From the human T2T-CHM13v2.0 reference genome, Homo sapiens, in the NCBI RefSeq assembly GCF_009914755.1, contig NC_060942.1: a DNA stretch of 64,000 bases; one strand, 5' to 3'. The position numbers were made by a program, and so were the translations under genes. This document shows positions 24,450-41,458 of this stretch, in pieces. Under the pieces are notes generated by a model that did no database searches, had not been told where the DNA came from, and was given only the letters and a program-made list of their open reading frames with translations. The first letter of the stretch is position 1; the number at the start of each line of letters is the position of its first letter.

Positions 24450-27400
24450 TGAAAAAGAAATCCTAAATTCCTGCTTTTAGGTTAGCCCTGAAATGCATTA
24501 ATCTCTTTCACTTGATGTAGCTCACTTTCATTCTTCCATTTTAATATCTTAGGGGGAAAAAACCCAAATAACCAATAACAGTTTACAGCTTTGACGCAGA
24601 GCACTAAAGTTGTTTTTCTATGAATATAGATTATTACATTTTTTTGCAAAGCAAGTAAACAGATGCATAAAAATGCATTATTTCAGGAGCATAAGAAAAC
24701 CTGCAATAAGTATAGTGCTTTTAATTTGTTTTTATGATTACTTGTAATTAATTAGCATCAAAAGTAAATTATCAACATTTGAAATTGTACTATGAGATGT
24801 GAGCAGGGTACTCCATGAATGATTGACTGGTTCATCTTTATATCAAGGCAGGGAAAAGAATGATCTTTTCTTTGAATTTTTTTTTAAACTATGCTTAAAT
24901 GAAAGTGCCAAAAGCCAGTAGCAGCACAGAGGAAGAAATTTTAAAACAACTGATAAGGAAGGCCCAGTTTGTCAAATGAAAAATGATGTCAAGGGTTAAA
25001 AATGATACACATTACCAGCCTCATAACAGGATTAGGGTTGTCTAAGAATGAAAATTTCTCTTTTAGAAAATATGAATAAAAATGGAATAGCTCTGCTAAT
25101 TGAAGGAGGTTCACATACTTTCTCCAAACCATCACTTTCAGCCATAAAAAGGAAGACATTTTACAGATGTTGGTTTTTTTTTTTTTAACCAACTCTGGTT
25201 GTTTGTCACCATCCCTTTTCCTTTTAAGATTAATGATGAAATTACTTGCTGTAGCTTTGGTCAACTCAAAACTAACCAATAGGTTCCAAGGAGTGATACA
25301 CTTGACCTCTTTCTGCACCCTCTGACATTTGCTGCCCCAGCGCACTCTGCCCTGAGCTGGTTCTTCCTGAGAGAGTGCCAACAAGAAAGAAAAATGGATA
25401 TTTAGTAAGCAGACTGTTTTTTTCATCTGAGAAGAATATGTGCAGGGATTTAGAGGACTCACCCATGTCTCTTTTATTAACAAGAACGTACTTGAACTGA
25501 GAATTCAATCTCTGCAATACAAATAGAATTCACCAACAGAAGGGAAGGGAGGGGAAAAAATAAGATTAAAAACCCACAGTCTTCCTTCTTGCTTAGCAGC
25601 CCTCCTAAGAGTTAGGGGCTTTCACAATGGGATTATGGAGCTTCGAACAAAATTAAATAAAATAAATAGATTCACTTCTAACAAGTTTCATTCCATGGCA
25701 GACCCTCAAAAGACACACATTTTTAAAATTATTATTTTGAGAAAGTTATCTGAAATGAAACTCTGGCTGTATTTTTCTAAATAATCCACTGGGAAGAATA
25801 AAAAGCGTTCCACGTTCATAGGGAGCTGGGGATAGATTTACACTTATGGTTACTTCAATATTGATAAGAGAATATAAAGTAAACTGCTTCCCAATGAAGA
25901 CATAGTCAAAGACTCAGGGTCATTCTTGATTATCTTGTCGTCTTCCTCTAGGGATTCTAGTCCAGGTAACTATTCTGTTACTGGTGACCTATGGTGGTTA
26001 CTAAGGAACAACATCAGAGTTAACAATCCCCAAAGGCAAAGTGTTAAATCAAACCAAGGATATCTGCATTGCAGTTACTGTACTAGAAAAATTCTCTACT
26101 AAATCCCACTAAAATAACAAATATTAATCAAAGTTCAAGCTATATCAACAGCATTCTTGCTTAATTGTTGAAATTAATAGTTTATCACAAGCATTGAATT
26201 GCTCTAGTCTCTCTCATCCACCACTGCTGGAAGTGGGAATTGGAGAAAACTGAAGAATCCATAAAATTCCTAGCCAGATGATTTTTACACTGAGATTTTC
26301 CATTCTGTGTTACCAACAGTGAACACACATTCCCTTTTCCCCAAGATTGCTACCTGCCAAATCTGTCTTTGGGAGGTCACAGCACCCTTTCTCAAATACA
26401 GCGTTCAGGGGCACATACTGAGAAGATACTGGTTATTATTTTCAGTGATTGGAGGAAAGTGGAAATGTTATTCAAGGAAAAAACAAAGAGAAAAAACAAC
26501 GCCATGATTTGTTGAGGAAGTGTGTCCACGTGCCAGGCAGCATTCACTGAAGTCACCAAAAAGGGGGAAAGCCCCTGTTTTACTTCCTATCATTATTTCT
26601 ATTTTGGAATGTGGGTTCCCGGTAAGAGCATATCTAGGCATTACATTATAAAGCTCTTCTCCTACAGATCCAGTGGGGCCATTTAGCTCATTGGTCACTG
26701 GATGCACATCTCTTTTTAGCTATTGGTCCTTGACTATTATTTCTTATACAAATATGTGTGTGGGAGTGGGAGGTGATGGTGGAGTGAATAACTCAAGTCT
26801 TGACCTCCTAGATCCACCTGAATATCAGACCCCAATGATGGGTCAACTTTCCTAGCTACAAGGCAGTGTCCAAGCATTCAGTCTACTTCAAGGCCTTTAT
26901 GATACTTCAGTAGTAGGGTATGTTTGCATGAGGACTAAGACAGACCAAATTATCCTTGATTTATAGTGACTAAGATTAGAATAAGGTTCCAGAAAGCCTA
27001 GCAGGGACATCCCTGGAGAATATTATTAAAAAGGCAAACTGTATTTATCACTCCATACTCTTCTACTGGGCCCTCCCCTGCAAATGCTCTGTGCCCTAAG
27101 GAAGCCGCATCTGAGGTCCAGGATTCTGGCTTTTTCCTCTCTGAGCAATTCACTCAAGTCTGTAACTCTTGAAATATTCTTCCTCTGTAAAATGGCTCTA
27201 TCCTTTTACTATACCCTCTGGATTCTGCACAAAAATTTCCAGGTTTACCTAAGATTTTAACTAGATCAACTTAATGCAATAATAGATCATTTTTGTATTG
27301 TTGTGTTGCCTGCATGGGTAGCTGATATGTATTCTAGCAGGAGCTGTCTAAATATATTTTAATTTAAAAAAGTGGTCCTCACAGGTGCTAATTCTAATTC

Positions 27401-30400
27401 AGAAAGGGAGTTATTTGGGGTAGATGAGCTCTTTTAGTGCCCCGTCAACTACACTGGGATAAGTCAGTGATTACATACTCTGAATCTACAAAGTCTTGCC
27501 CTACCGGTTGATGCTCTATTAATGTAAGATGCATGATTTCTCAGATAATTGCTTTTATCCACCACTTGATATTTGCCATAGAGGCATGGTCTCAAGAATT
27601 GCTTTGAGCAACTGTCTTGTTTAAAACCAACATTGCTTTAAATCTACATATTTTAAAAAGCATAAAAGCATACGAGTCATATTTTACCCATTTCCGATTT
27701 ATGAAGTGCCTGGAGGCACTTTTTACCATAAAGATTTTTGCAATACAGATATACAAGCTTCCTTCTCCTACTTTAGAATAAATGACTGGTGGCTGAGACT
27801 TTCTTCCAAATACTTTTACATAAGCATTTTATAATCCTTTTAAATGTTCCTTTTTACAAAATTTCTTTCTAAGTTACACTTCTCCTTCTTAATCGTATAT
27901 GAACCTCAATATGAACATTTGAATACTTTTTTCCTTGCTCTTCAATTTTCATACTTCAACTGGTAATTTCCTATACCTTTCTGCTTTCTCCTCTCTTTTC
28001 TCCTTTTCTTCTTTTGATGACTTCTGAAAGACACTGATGATAATCTTTCTCATTTCTCCAAACAGTGTTCTTTCCTTGGTGTTAAATTGTAGATAGTTGA
28101 GGTATCACAACTTGCTTGACATTGCATCCTTTGCTCTAAGGAATACTAGAGACAGAGAGAATGGTGATAGAGCTTAGGGCTCCATTGGGGAGAAAAATGA
28201 AGAACATTTTAGAAAGAGTGTGTGATCTGTTAAAATATGTAGCACTGAAACACATATTTTGAGAGTTAGGAAGATTAATGTCTTTCAATACTAGATACGC
28301 AAACTGTCAAAGAACACTTACGGTTCTTCCAGCCTTGATCCTTATGGTTTTGATTGATTGGGGTCATAGATGGCTTCCTTGACAAAATCCTAAAATCATG
28401 TCTAGCAAACAAAACAACAATCTGGCAAGGGAATATCACAAGGTATAAATGGATTCGAAGGGCTTCAGCTTCAAAATGCAACTTGATGTGATGGTAAAAG
28501 AACTTCCAAGAATTTTAAGTGTGGTTTCCTTGGAGTAGTATTAACCAGTTGCTAGAGGCAAGCTGACTGGGTCTGCTTTGCACCAGAAGTCATAAAATTT
28601 GTTCAGGGCTCAGCATGCTATCTGCTGAAGGGTAAGAACCTTTTTCTTCCATTATCCTAAAGAGAAATCTCTGGCATTAAAATTCAGACAGTCATTTACT
28701 CATGGTACAATTTTTTTACTTATTCTGATTTAGATAAAGACCTTAATGATATATTTCCATGTTTTTACTGGTATGTTCTTAATTTTGTTTTCCTTTGTTC
28801 TAAAGACTAAACCTTCAGTTTCTTTTGTTTTAGTCATTTCAACATTAATGAATATCATCTGGATTAATGACACTATTTAATTGTCTAAGATAGGAATCCT
28901 GGACTCATTCTTGCTTAAAACTAATTTATTAAATCTTATAACCTTTTTTTCCACCAGTTAAACTTCTTGTTTGTTCTACATTAAGCAATACCTGAATAGG
29001 AGTAATCCATTGGATGCTGTATGTCATCTACAAATTCTGCCCATTGACACCTTTGAGCGTTCTGTCTTCTGGGGCTACAGTGTGATGACATCAAAATCCC
29101 TCTTCTGTTGATTTAGGCACATCCAATTCCATGCTCATCAATTGTAGAAGTCAATCCTCATTAGTCAGTTGATTATCAGCTCTTGCCCTTGCAAGGAAAT
29201 TGGTGAGCCATCATCATCTAGGCTAGTCCTATCAAATGGTGTTGGGTAATTGGTAACCATAGAACCATTCAATTCTAAATTTCAAACATAGATAACTGCA
29301 TTTTGCTTTCATTCTGAGGATTCAAGGGAACATAATAGATACCATAGCAATCAAAAGCTGTCTTTTAGACAGGATCAAGAACTAAAGGCAAATATTCTAA
29401 TTTGGTAATCATCCTTATGACCTTTAACAATATTTATTCACAAAAGATTTGTTTTAGGAGACTAATTTATTGTCATTTTGCATTTTAAGGTTTTTTGTGG
29501 TGGTGGTGGTGGTATTATTTAGCAACTGGACAATTTAACTTTGGTAACTGTAAGAGCAAGCTGGTGAAAGTGATTTTAGTTAATGTCAGTAGGGCATTAT
29601 AAATTAAGGGTTTATTACTCTTAGTCCTAACCTGATTCCTTTAAATGAGCAACTTGGATGGTTGATACGAATAAAGAGGAAAGAACACAGGTTTTGTGTC
29701 TGTGATATATGTAGATTCAAATTAAGATTCTGCCCCTAACTCCCTGAATTAGTCTCACCTATAAAAGTGAATATTCAAACCTGTATCTCAGAGTTAAACA
29801 GTCACAGGTGCATGATAGGAGATCAAGGATAGCTTTCATTATCATTATTGTGATTTCTCCTTCTGTATAATTTCACCAATAAGAAGCCTAGGACTTCATC
29901 AGCAGACTAATCTGTACTTGAAATCTCTTGAACCCAGGAGCCAAAAGACTCATACTGTCAAGGTGACATAGGGGTTTGCTGATTCATAATCATCATAAGA
30001 CCTAAAAGGGATAGTTTAATTTTGATAGGCTATTTTTCTAAGGGTGGCTATTGGCTCACATTATTAGATAATCATGGTTCAATACTGTTCAATTGCTACC
30101 TATCAGAGTCATTCTTTCATATACATATGTTGTATTTCTTACTACGTGCCAGACACTGTTTTAGCCATTGAGAAACATTAAGAAGCAGTTTACTTTCATT
30201 TTAAATGAACACTTTTCTATAGAAGTTACTGTTTATTCTTGTTTGGTTTTTATCCCTTCTTTATTTACCATTTTCAGGAATAAAGATGTGAGGGTTACAA
30301 GTAAAAATATTCCATGAAATTTGCATTTTCTTCAAGTTTAACTGTTTTAAAAACTGTGATGGAAAAACTGGGAGTTCAGGAGGATTGAACCAGAGGCAAG

Positions 30401-31586
30401 AGCTCTGTGAACACATAATGACCTCCATGATTCAAACACACAAGTCTATCTGTCACCCAAGAGAAATGTTTAGACAGATTAGATACAAATGTGCCATGAA
30501 TGCACCTTGTGTAGGCAAATGGTAAGACTGATTTTCCCTTTTTTCTTGATTGGTAAAGCCTAGAGAAGTTATCAATAGAACTTCATCTCAAAGGAAGTAA
30601 TATTTTTACACAGACATACATTGCAGCAAATCCTGAACCTTGCTACTGAGGCACACAACAGTTGCAGATTTGGACACCTCTCTTGTTCAATGCTTGGCTC
30701 TGAGTGAGCAACTTCTCTGATGTTATAGGCCCATAGTTTTAAAGAAAATTAGAAACATATAATAAGTCACAGGAAGAGGAAGAAAATTTAACCCAGTGGT
30801 CTCTAAGTCCTCCTCTAAGAACTATACCCTAATCTTGCATAAAGATTTACTTCTAATTAACTTGCCAGTTAAGAGACATTCTCCCTTTTTGGCAAAAATC
30901 TGACCAAACAATCAGCTGGATATCCTGTCTAGACTTGACTCCAGCTTCTACCCTCAAAAAGGTCTGTCCAGATGCTCCTGACCTAACATGTGCCTGATGA
31001 ACAAAAATACTTTAGCACAATTGTAGTTCTGTTGACCATTGTCGGTAATGGAGCTAATCAAGAGAACCAGGGGACTCATTAAAACTTTCTGCTGTATATT
31101 CATAGGCTGATTCATTTAAGAGAATTTTTGGAGGAGTAATAGGTAGATGAAAGGCTTTAGAAATATGCAGATGACTCAAGTCTCATAACCCTGGGAGTCA
31201 GACATGCACGCACAAATTCATAATGTGAAATAGCATGTCTAATGGAAGAACATTCATTAGTTAAGTTCAAAGGAAAGACTCAGATTTCACTTGGAAGAAT
31301 GAGGGAAGACTTTGTATTTGCTGCTTTTCATTGTGAGCTGAAGAGTTGCCCCAGGAACCTGAGACTTTGAGCCCTTACCCAGGGATGTGAAGTCTGCATG
31401 GTACACACAGGTACCTGGGCCTCGTAGAGGGGAAGGGGGGCACATGGGGGTTTTCTGAGATTCATTCCATGCTCCACTCCGTTAACCATGTGCCCTGGCA
31501 GGAAGGGCTGTCCACCTGAAGAAAAGGCCATGGAACCATGCAGCCCTAGGGTTTCTAAGTTGGCTCTCCCTTCTGGGCAACTTTTT

Positions 31587-31972
31587 AAAAATTAAGTTTT
31601 GGGGTACATGTGCAGGATGTGCAGGTTTTTTACATAAGTAAACATGTGCCATGGTGGTCTGCTACACCTATCAACCTGTCACTTAGGTATTAAGCCCAAC
31701 ATGCATCAGCTCTTTTCCCTAATGCTCTCCCACCCCTGCTCTCCCCCAATAGGCCCCAGTAAGTGTTGTTCCCCTCCTTGTGTCCATGTGTTCTCATTGT
31801 TCAGCTTCCACTTATAAGTGAGAACATGTGGTATTTGGTTTTCTGTTCCTGCATTAGTTTGCTGCGGATAATGGCTTCTAGTTAAAGAAAATGTACATGT
31901 ATACCATGGGATACTATGCAGCCATAAAAAGTAATGAGATCATGTCCTTTGCAGGGACATAGATGAAGCTGG
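31587..31972 (-). mobile_element. Short L1PA8-10-like element with 5' inversion
   Basis: Minus-strand L1 3'UTR 31587-31881 joined to the adjacent upstream L1 segment on the plus strand 31882-31972; TSD ctgggcaac(t/a)tttt at 31573-31586 and 31969-31982. Confidence 0.9.
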
Positions 31973-32299
31973 GCAACATTTTCTAATTCACACAAAGGTA
32001 CACCGATGCCCTCCTGGAGTTGTAGTATCTGTTACAAAGAGGGATGATCTGAAAGGCTACTTTTGCTTTGGGGAGAAGCCAGATCGAAAGCCAACAGGCT
32101 GCTCACAGGAATTTTCCATCTAGAAGTCCCAGAGAAAGAATTGAGATACCAGGCCCTGAAACTGAAGCCAGATAGGAGCATACAGGTTTAAAGCTGTGGA
32201 TAGAAGGTAGAAGGGGTGAATTCTCTGAACTGATTGCTGAGCTGTGACTATAATGGGTGTAGGTGGCCTAGTTTGTGGGTGGGATGGGAGGTATCAGAG

Positions 32300-32550
32300 A
32301 GCCAGCTCAGTGGGGTCAGGTATAAAAGAGGGGCTAAATTTGGACTGTGTGATGGAGGAAGAAAATGAGGAGAGAGAATTTCACGCAGAGGGTTCACCTC
32401 TGCAAAAACTCCATGGGATGGAAGGCTATGGCTTGATGAGTGCACACCAAGACTTATGCAATAGCTGGGACATAGGGCACATGGATGAGGAGGGTCAGGA
32501 GCTCAGGAGTGAAGATGAAGAGGGAGAGGAAGGTCAGCTCCTGAAGACAA
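32300..32550 (-). mobile_element. L2 relic
   Basis: gagagagaatttcacgcagagggttcacctctgcaaaaactccatggg...ggagtgaagatgaagagggagaggaaggtcagctcctgaag. Confidence 0.45.
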
Positions 32551-32755
32551 TGCCCATCCTGGTGTTCAAATCTCTCAAATGATTATCAGGATTATTATTT
32601 TCTCTTAGAGTGAGATATTTGTTTCCTGTGTGCTTCCTTTTATTAAATAATTGAATCTGTGCAACAAACCAGTTTCCCTTTTTGCTTTGGTTGTTATGAT
32701 GCTCTGGGCTCTGTGGTAGACAGACCATAATGTGGCTTGCCATGTTTCATTACTA

Positions 32756-32803
32756 TTAGGTTGGTGCAAAAGTCATTGCAGTTTTTGCCATTACTTTCAA
32801 TGG
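32756..32803 (+). mobile_element. MADE1 (Hsmar1-derived MITE), left half only
   Basis: ta|ttaggttggtgcaaaagtcattgcagtttttgccattactttcaatgg = first ~48 nt of MADE1, preceded by TA. Confidence 0.9.
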
Positions 32804-33464
32804 ATCTTGTATTATTGCCCTTGACCTAATGCGATTCCAAGGCATCCATTGTCCTGTGTGTTAAATCACCACTAATCCCTTTTAAAAAGTTGTCAAAATA
32901 TGAGTGATACATAGAAATAATATATAATAATATCTTCTAGTTGACAACCAAACAGCAAATGGTTCTTGAACACCTCTGATAACTGACTCTATTACTTCGA
33001 GAAGTCAGAAGCACAAGATTTAGTTTCAACATTCAATTACCAGCTTGTGACCTACCTGAGAATATGCCATGTGCAGATAACATGTTAAGTAGTAGTACAA
33101 GGCATTATATGCAGGGTTAATATTTAACTTATTTCTACTGCTACAAGGTTACTTGCAATTAAAACATTTTAGTTCGTCTCCTTTGGGTGGTATATAACTT
33201 GTGCCTGAAGCCAGCTGAGTACCCAGCTTGCCCCTCACATCCCTTCCAACTCTCCCTGAAACACCCACCTCCATTCCCTACAATCTAGCAACTGAGGGGT
33301 TAATGCAGGGCACAGCAGGAACCTCTATTCCCAGGACCAGGACCATCATTTGCTCTGGTGAGATGAAGTCTACTATGCTCAGACTTCTATTAAACATTTT
33401 GAACATCACTCTTGAGTAAATGTTAGGTGCTAAGTGATCTGTCTCCTTGTTATCATTGCAATAA

Positions 33465-33660
33465 ATAATAAGGGCTACTATTAGCTAATCACTTTCTATG
33501 TTCCAATTTAACATTTATAATTAGCCACTAAGATAATCTTTACTAATCTCATTTTACAATTGAAGCAACAGGCTCACGGAGTAGAAATCACTCCATCCAG
33601 AGAGGGCACCTAGTAAGCAGAGAATCCAAGTTCCCAACCCAGCTCAGTAGGACACACTCC
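33465..33660 (-). mobile_element. MIR SINE
   Basis: aatctcattttacaattgaagcaacaggctcacggagtagaaatcactcc...ctagtaagcagagaatccaag. Confidence 0.6.
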
Positions 33661-35488
33661 ATGTTTGGGAGAAGGCTTTGTTATCCTGCCTGGGACAGCA
33701 GAGAAGCAGCATGGAAAAGAGGGAGGAGATGGCTTAAAGGGTTTGGCCAAGCGGTGTGGCTGGAAGGACAGGGGACCTAAGGCACGTTAGGTGGGTAGTT
33801 GAATCTGGCTTACACCCTCTTAACATGTGTTTCTGGGTTCTTCCTTTTTCAGTTGCCCTTAGTCTATCATAAATAAGAATTCAGGAAGTTGCATCCACTT
33901 TTTTTTTAGGTCACTAATATACTTTATAGTAAGTTCAGCTACAGCAGAATAAATTGGGGCTTCTTGGTCCCAATAGGCACCATCTGGTTTATGAAACAAC
34001 AGTGTATGCCCTCTGGATCATTTTCCCTTAGGAAATTCCTCCTTATCTGCTGCCTGGCTGCTAACTTAAGGACAATTTTCATACTTTCTATTCTAATAAT
34101 TTTGTGCTGTGGATTTTCAGTTTATTTTGTTTCTATTAAGAAGGGGGAAAATAACCTCTTGTAAAACACACACGGGTTTAGTCTGGCAACAAAAAAACAT
34201 TCTCAGGGCAAGAGAAAGTGAGTATTTCACAGCTAAGGGAAGAATTGAGCAACTCAGATTACAATTGAAAGCTAATGGGAGACTCATGTTGGAAGCAAAG
34301 AGGTTTGAAACAGAAGGAACAATCAAAGAGAAAATAGATGCTTTTGTTACCTATGCTTGTTTTTAGTTGTCACCTCTCCTAAAAGAAGTGATGAGCAGGC
34401 TGTAATCTGTAGGCATAACATTAAAGCTGAGAAAGCTTTAGGGAAGGGTAGGAATGGTGGGTTATGAGATCTATAAGACTTTAGATTGAAGGGTTGAAAT
34501 GACAAAGATACTTACCAGTGTTATTCGATGCTGTGGTTTCATAAGTGTCTCTGGTAATTCTGAAAATACCCTCCCTACCCCAACACCCAGGTAAAAGGTC
34601 AGTCTATGGCCTTACGAAAATGTTATCATTCACTGCCTCTGGTGGACACAGTTTGTTCTCTTTCTCACTCATATGTGAAAAATCCCGACGCCCTCCCATC
34701 CTCCACCTCTTGTTGCCACCCACCAGCCCTTATGTCAGTCCAGAGGCACAAACAACATCATTAAAGGTGAGGAAAAGAAAAATCCAGTACAGATTGGCTG
34801 GCTCCCTGGCCTGGGCTGGTTTAGGCAGCTCTTGGCTTAGACACCCTGCCTTCCAAACACAATCTGTTTTCAAGATTCCTGGGGAATTTCAGGTCCAAGA
34901 GAAGGTTTGGTGTTAACTTCCCCAAACTCAGTCTCCTTCCTCTCTTTCCACTCCACTAAGGCATAGGGGAGACCCACTTGCCCAGACTCAGTTTTCAGCT
35001 TGTGGGACAAAGCTGTGTTCTTGGCTCTAGAAGAAGCTTCTGTTCTCTCCAAGCTCTGTGTTGTTTCCTTTCCTTCATAACTTTGCTCCGCCAATGGGCC
35101 AAGCATGGCTCCATTCTGCTCTACCCCCAGAGGCTTTTGGAAATGGAAAAATACAAAAGATGCTGAGAGGTCACATTTAAAGAAGACAGCCACTCTTAAT
35201 AGGATATACAATCAGAAGTTCCAGAATGCAGGCAGAAGCTATTCCTTTTTAGGCCCCACGATAGCACCAAGTTCTTTCTAGTGTGGATCCTGCAATTGGC
35301 AAAGTGCCAGAAAGTGCAAAAAAATAAAAAATAAAATGATAGATGCAATGTAGTTTTTGAAGCACTCTGAAAAGTATTTATCTAAATGAGAAGCATTGCT
35401 CCCTTTTTTGTGCATGGCACCATCCTATATGAAGAAGCATCTTACAGCTTTCTGTCTAGTTGGGTGGAAAACTTGTTTAAAAGTAATA

Positions 35489-36246
<758 letters not shown>

Positions 36247-36677
36247 TAGGTCAGTGTTTTTGAATATGATTCTAATATCTCACTGGGCAGCCCTAGAAAC
36301 ATCATTTTCTGGGTTCTTCTGTAATAGAGGGATGCCCTCAAAGGATACAACAGACCCATTGGTCCCCACCCTAAATTACCCGAGGATGCTGGTCTTTTTC
36401 AATAGTCTTGTGGCTTCTCTCATTGCCAGATTCCTTTAATACATTGTTCTGCTTCTTAAACACAGTTCTCAAGGTAAGAGTAGTACCATTTTTTTTTACC
36501 TTAATAAACTTGGTTTCTTTACAAGTCAAGATCTTGTAAAACAGTTCTCTTCAATTTTAAGAATGATGGCTGTATTCAGAATGGTTGAGATTTCCAGAAG
36601 TTGGATCTTGAGACAAGCAGTGATTTTCAGTATTACCATTCTGGCTTCCAAAAATGATGCTACAGCCACATTCTAAA

Positions 36678-36853
36678 GTAATATAGTAATAATATTAATA
36701 TTACTATATAAATATAAACATATATTTATATAAAATATAAATATACATTATATTTATATTTTAATAATTTATATTTACAAATATAAATATAATTTATATT
36801 TTATATTTTATATAAAATATAAATACATATTTATATAAAATATAAATATAATT
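36678..36853. repeat. AT-rich low-complexity tract with internal palindromes
   Basis: Almost purely A/T; recurring tataaatat/atatttata units. Confidence 0.9.
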
Positions 36854-36929
36854 TGCGAATACTAACTCCTTGTTGGTTATTGTGCCAGTTATTTTTTATT
36901 ATTATTAATTGCTTCTAATGATTATCCAA

Positions 36930-37125
36930 TACTTAAATTAGTTCATTTGGTCTTCACCACAGTCCTCTGAGATATGCATCCTTTCATCTCCATTTAACAG
37001 ATGAGGTAGCTAGAGCTTACAAGGGTCAAGATCATTATTAAGTCATGCAGCTGGTAAGTGAAGGAGATTTCATTCAAACTCAAACTCAGGTCAGCTGGAA
37101 CTCAATGGTCCTGGTCCTAACTACT
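36930..37125 (-). mobile_element. MIR SINE
   Basis: catttggtcttcaccacagtcctctgaga...ccatttaacagatgaggtagctagagctta...gtcatgcagctggtaagtg. Confidence 0.7.
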
Positions 37126-37167
37126 TGCATAGAATAGAAGGCTGGACCAAAAATATGGCTAGTTCTA

Positions 37168-37197
37168 AAAACAAACAAACAAACAAACAAACAAAAC
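37168..37197. repeat. (AAAC)n microsatellite
   Basis: Direct read. Confidence 0.9.
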
Positions 37198-37494
37198 AGC
37201 TAAAGATTAATTATCAGAGAAAAAATCATCAGCTTTTTATCAGATCCTCAATAATGACTTAGAAATCCATTAGGAACAATTGACCTAAGTGGATTTATCA
37301 GGAACTCTAGTCTGGGAAAAGCAAATTGGTTTCAATTTCCCTATGGGGCAACCCTGACCATAGAGTAGGGGTCATCTGGAGTGCGGTGTTGAGAAAGTTT
37401 CTGAAGTAATTGCTAGATCAGTAGGAAAAAGTCATGCATTAGAAATATCTGCTGTGACCTCATTTGGTTGATGGTTTGAACAATCTATTTTATA

Positions 37495-37590
37495 AAATCA
37501 TGAGACATCAGGGATTTGAATATTGAATATTAGATGATATTAAAGAATTGTTAATTTTTTAAATGTGATCGTGATATTGTTATTACATTT
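37495..37590 (+). mobile_element. Old L1MC/ME-like 3' fragment
   Basis: gggatttgaatattgaatattagatgatattaaagaattgttaattttt...gtgatcgtgatattgt. Confidence 0.5.
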
Positions 37591-37593
37591 TGT

Positions 37594-40699
<3,106 letters not shown>

Positions 40700-40854
40700 T
40701 GGGGAAATCAAAAATGTGTTTAAAGGAAAATTAAAAACTGTATATATCTACTATGGTTGTAGGGTAAGAGGTAAATTTGGAAGGGCAGTGAAGATGGAGA
40801 GGTGATGTCTTACTGCATGCTAAGAGCTAGCTCTATTATAACCTCATCATAGAG

Positions 40855-40975
40855 CTTACAAATCAAGTCAAGACTCAAAGTAGAAAGTGGCTTGCTCAAA
40901 ATCACATGGCTAGAAAATAGAAGTGTTTAGTTAGTGTCTGGGTCTTTAAGCCTAACAGATCTTCCACAATACCCA
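40855..40975 (-). mobile_element. MIR fragment
   Basis: gtagaaagtggcttgctcaaaatcacatggctagaaaatag. Confidence 0.5.
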
Positions 40976-41154
40976 CTGACACACTCACAGTTGTAATGGC
41001 TCACAGTGAGAGCATAAAGCATATTGAAACACCCTTTATGCTCCTCTGGGTCCAAGGTGTCCTCAAGAATTATGTAAACAATTTAATACTAACTAATCAC
41101 AAGGGTCTTTTTAAAAACAGTTTAATTGTATTTTAACTACAGTTTTGTGTATTG

Positions 41155-41458
41155 TAGTTTAATTTTGAGATTAAGTGTAGATGCACATATAGTTCTAAGA
41201 AACATTGCAGAGAGAACCTGTGTACCTTTTACTCCCTTTCCCATGATGGTATCACCTTGCATAACTATAGTAGAATATCACAACCAGGAAATTAGCTTTG
41301 ATACAGTCCACTGATCTTATATGGATTTCATGAGTTTTACATGGCACTAATATGCACGTGTGTGTATGTCTTTAGTTCTATGCCATTTTATCATGCATGT
41401 ATATTCCTACAATCACCTCCATAGTCAAGATACAAAATAGTTCACCACAAGAGTCCTC
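41155..41458 (-). mobile_element. L1MD-like 3' end
   Basis: ttttgagattaagtgtagatgcacatatagttctaagaaac...ttgcataactatagtagaatatcacaaccaggaaatt...agtcaagatacaaaatagttc. Confidence 0.7.

Noticed and set aside
24989-25483. 164-aa minus-strand ORF in unique DNA
   Set aside because: Non-ATG start, crosses a poly-A run, no recognisable domain or codon pattern; chance ORF.
28700-29040. Possible CR1/L3 relic (minus-strand EFVDD, FADD-like)
   Set aside because: Only a short motif resemblance; too weak to annotate without an HMM search.
36430-36473. 44-nt exon candidate (tgccag|...aag|gtaaga)
   Set aside because: Short, no supporting context; such pseudo-exons are common.
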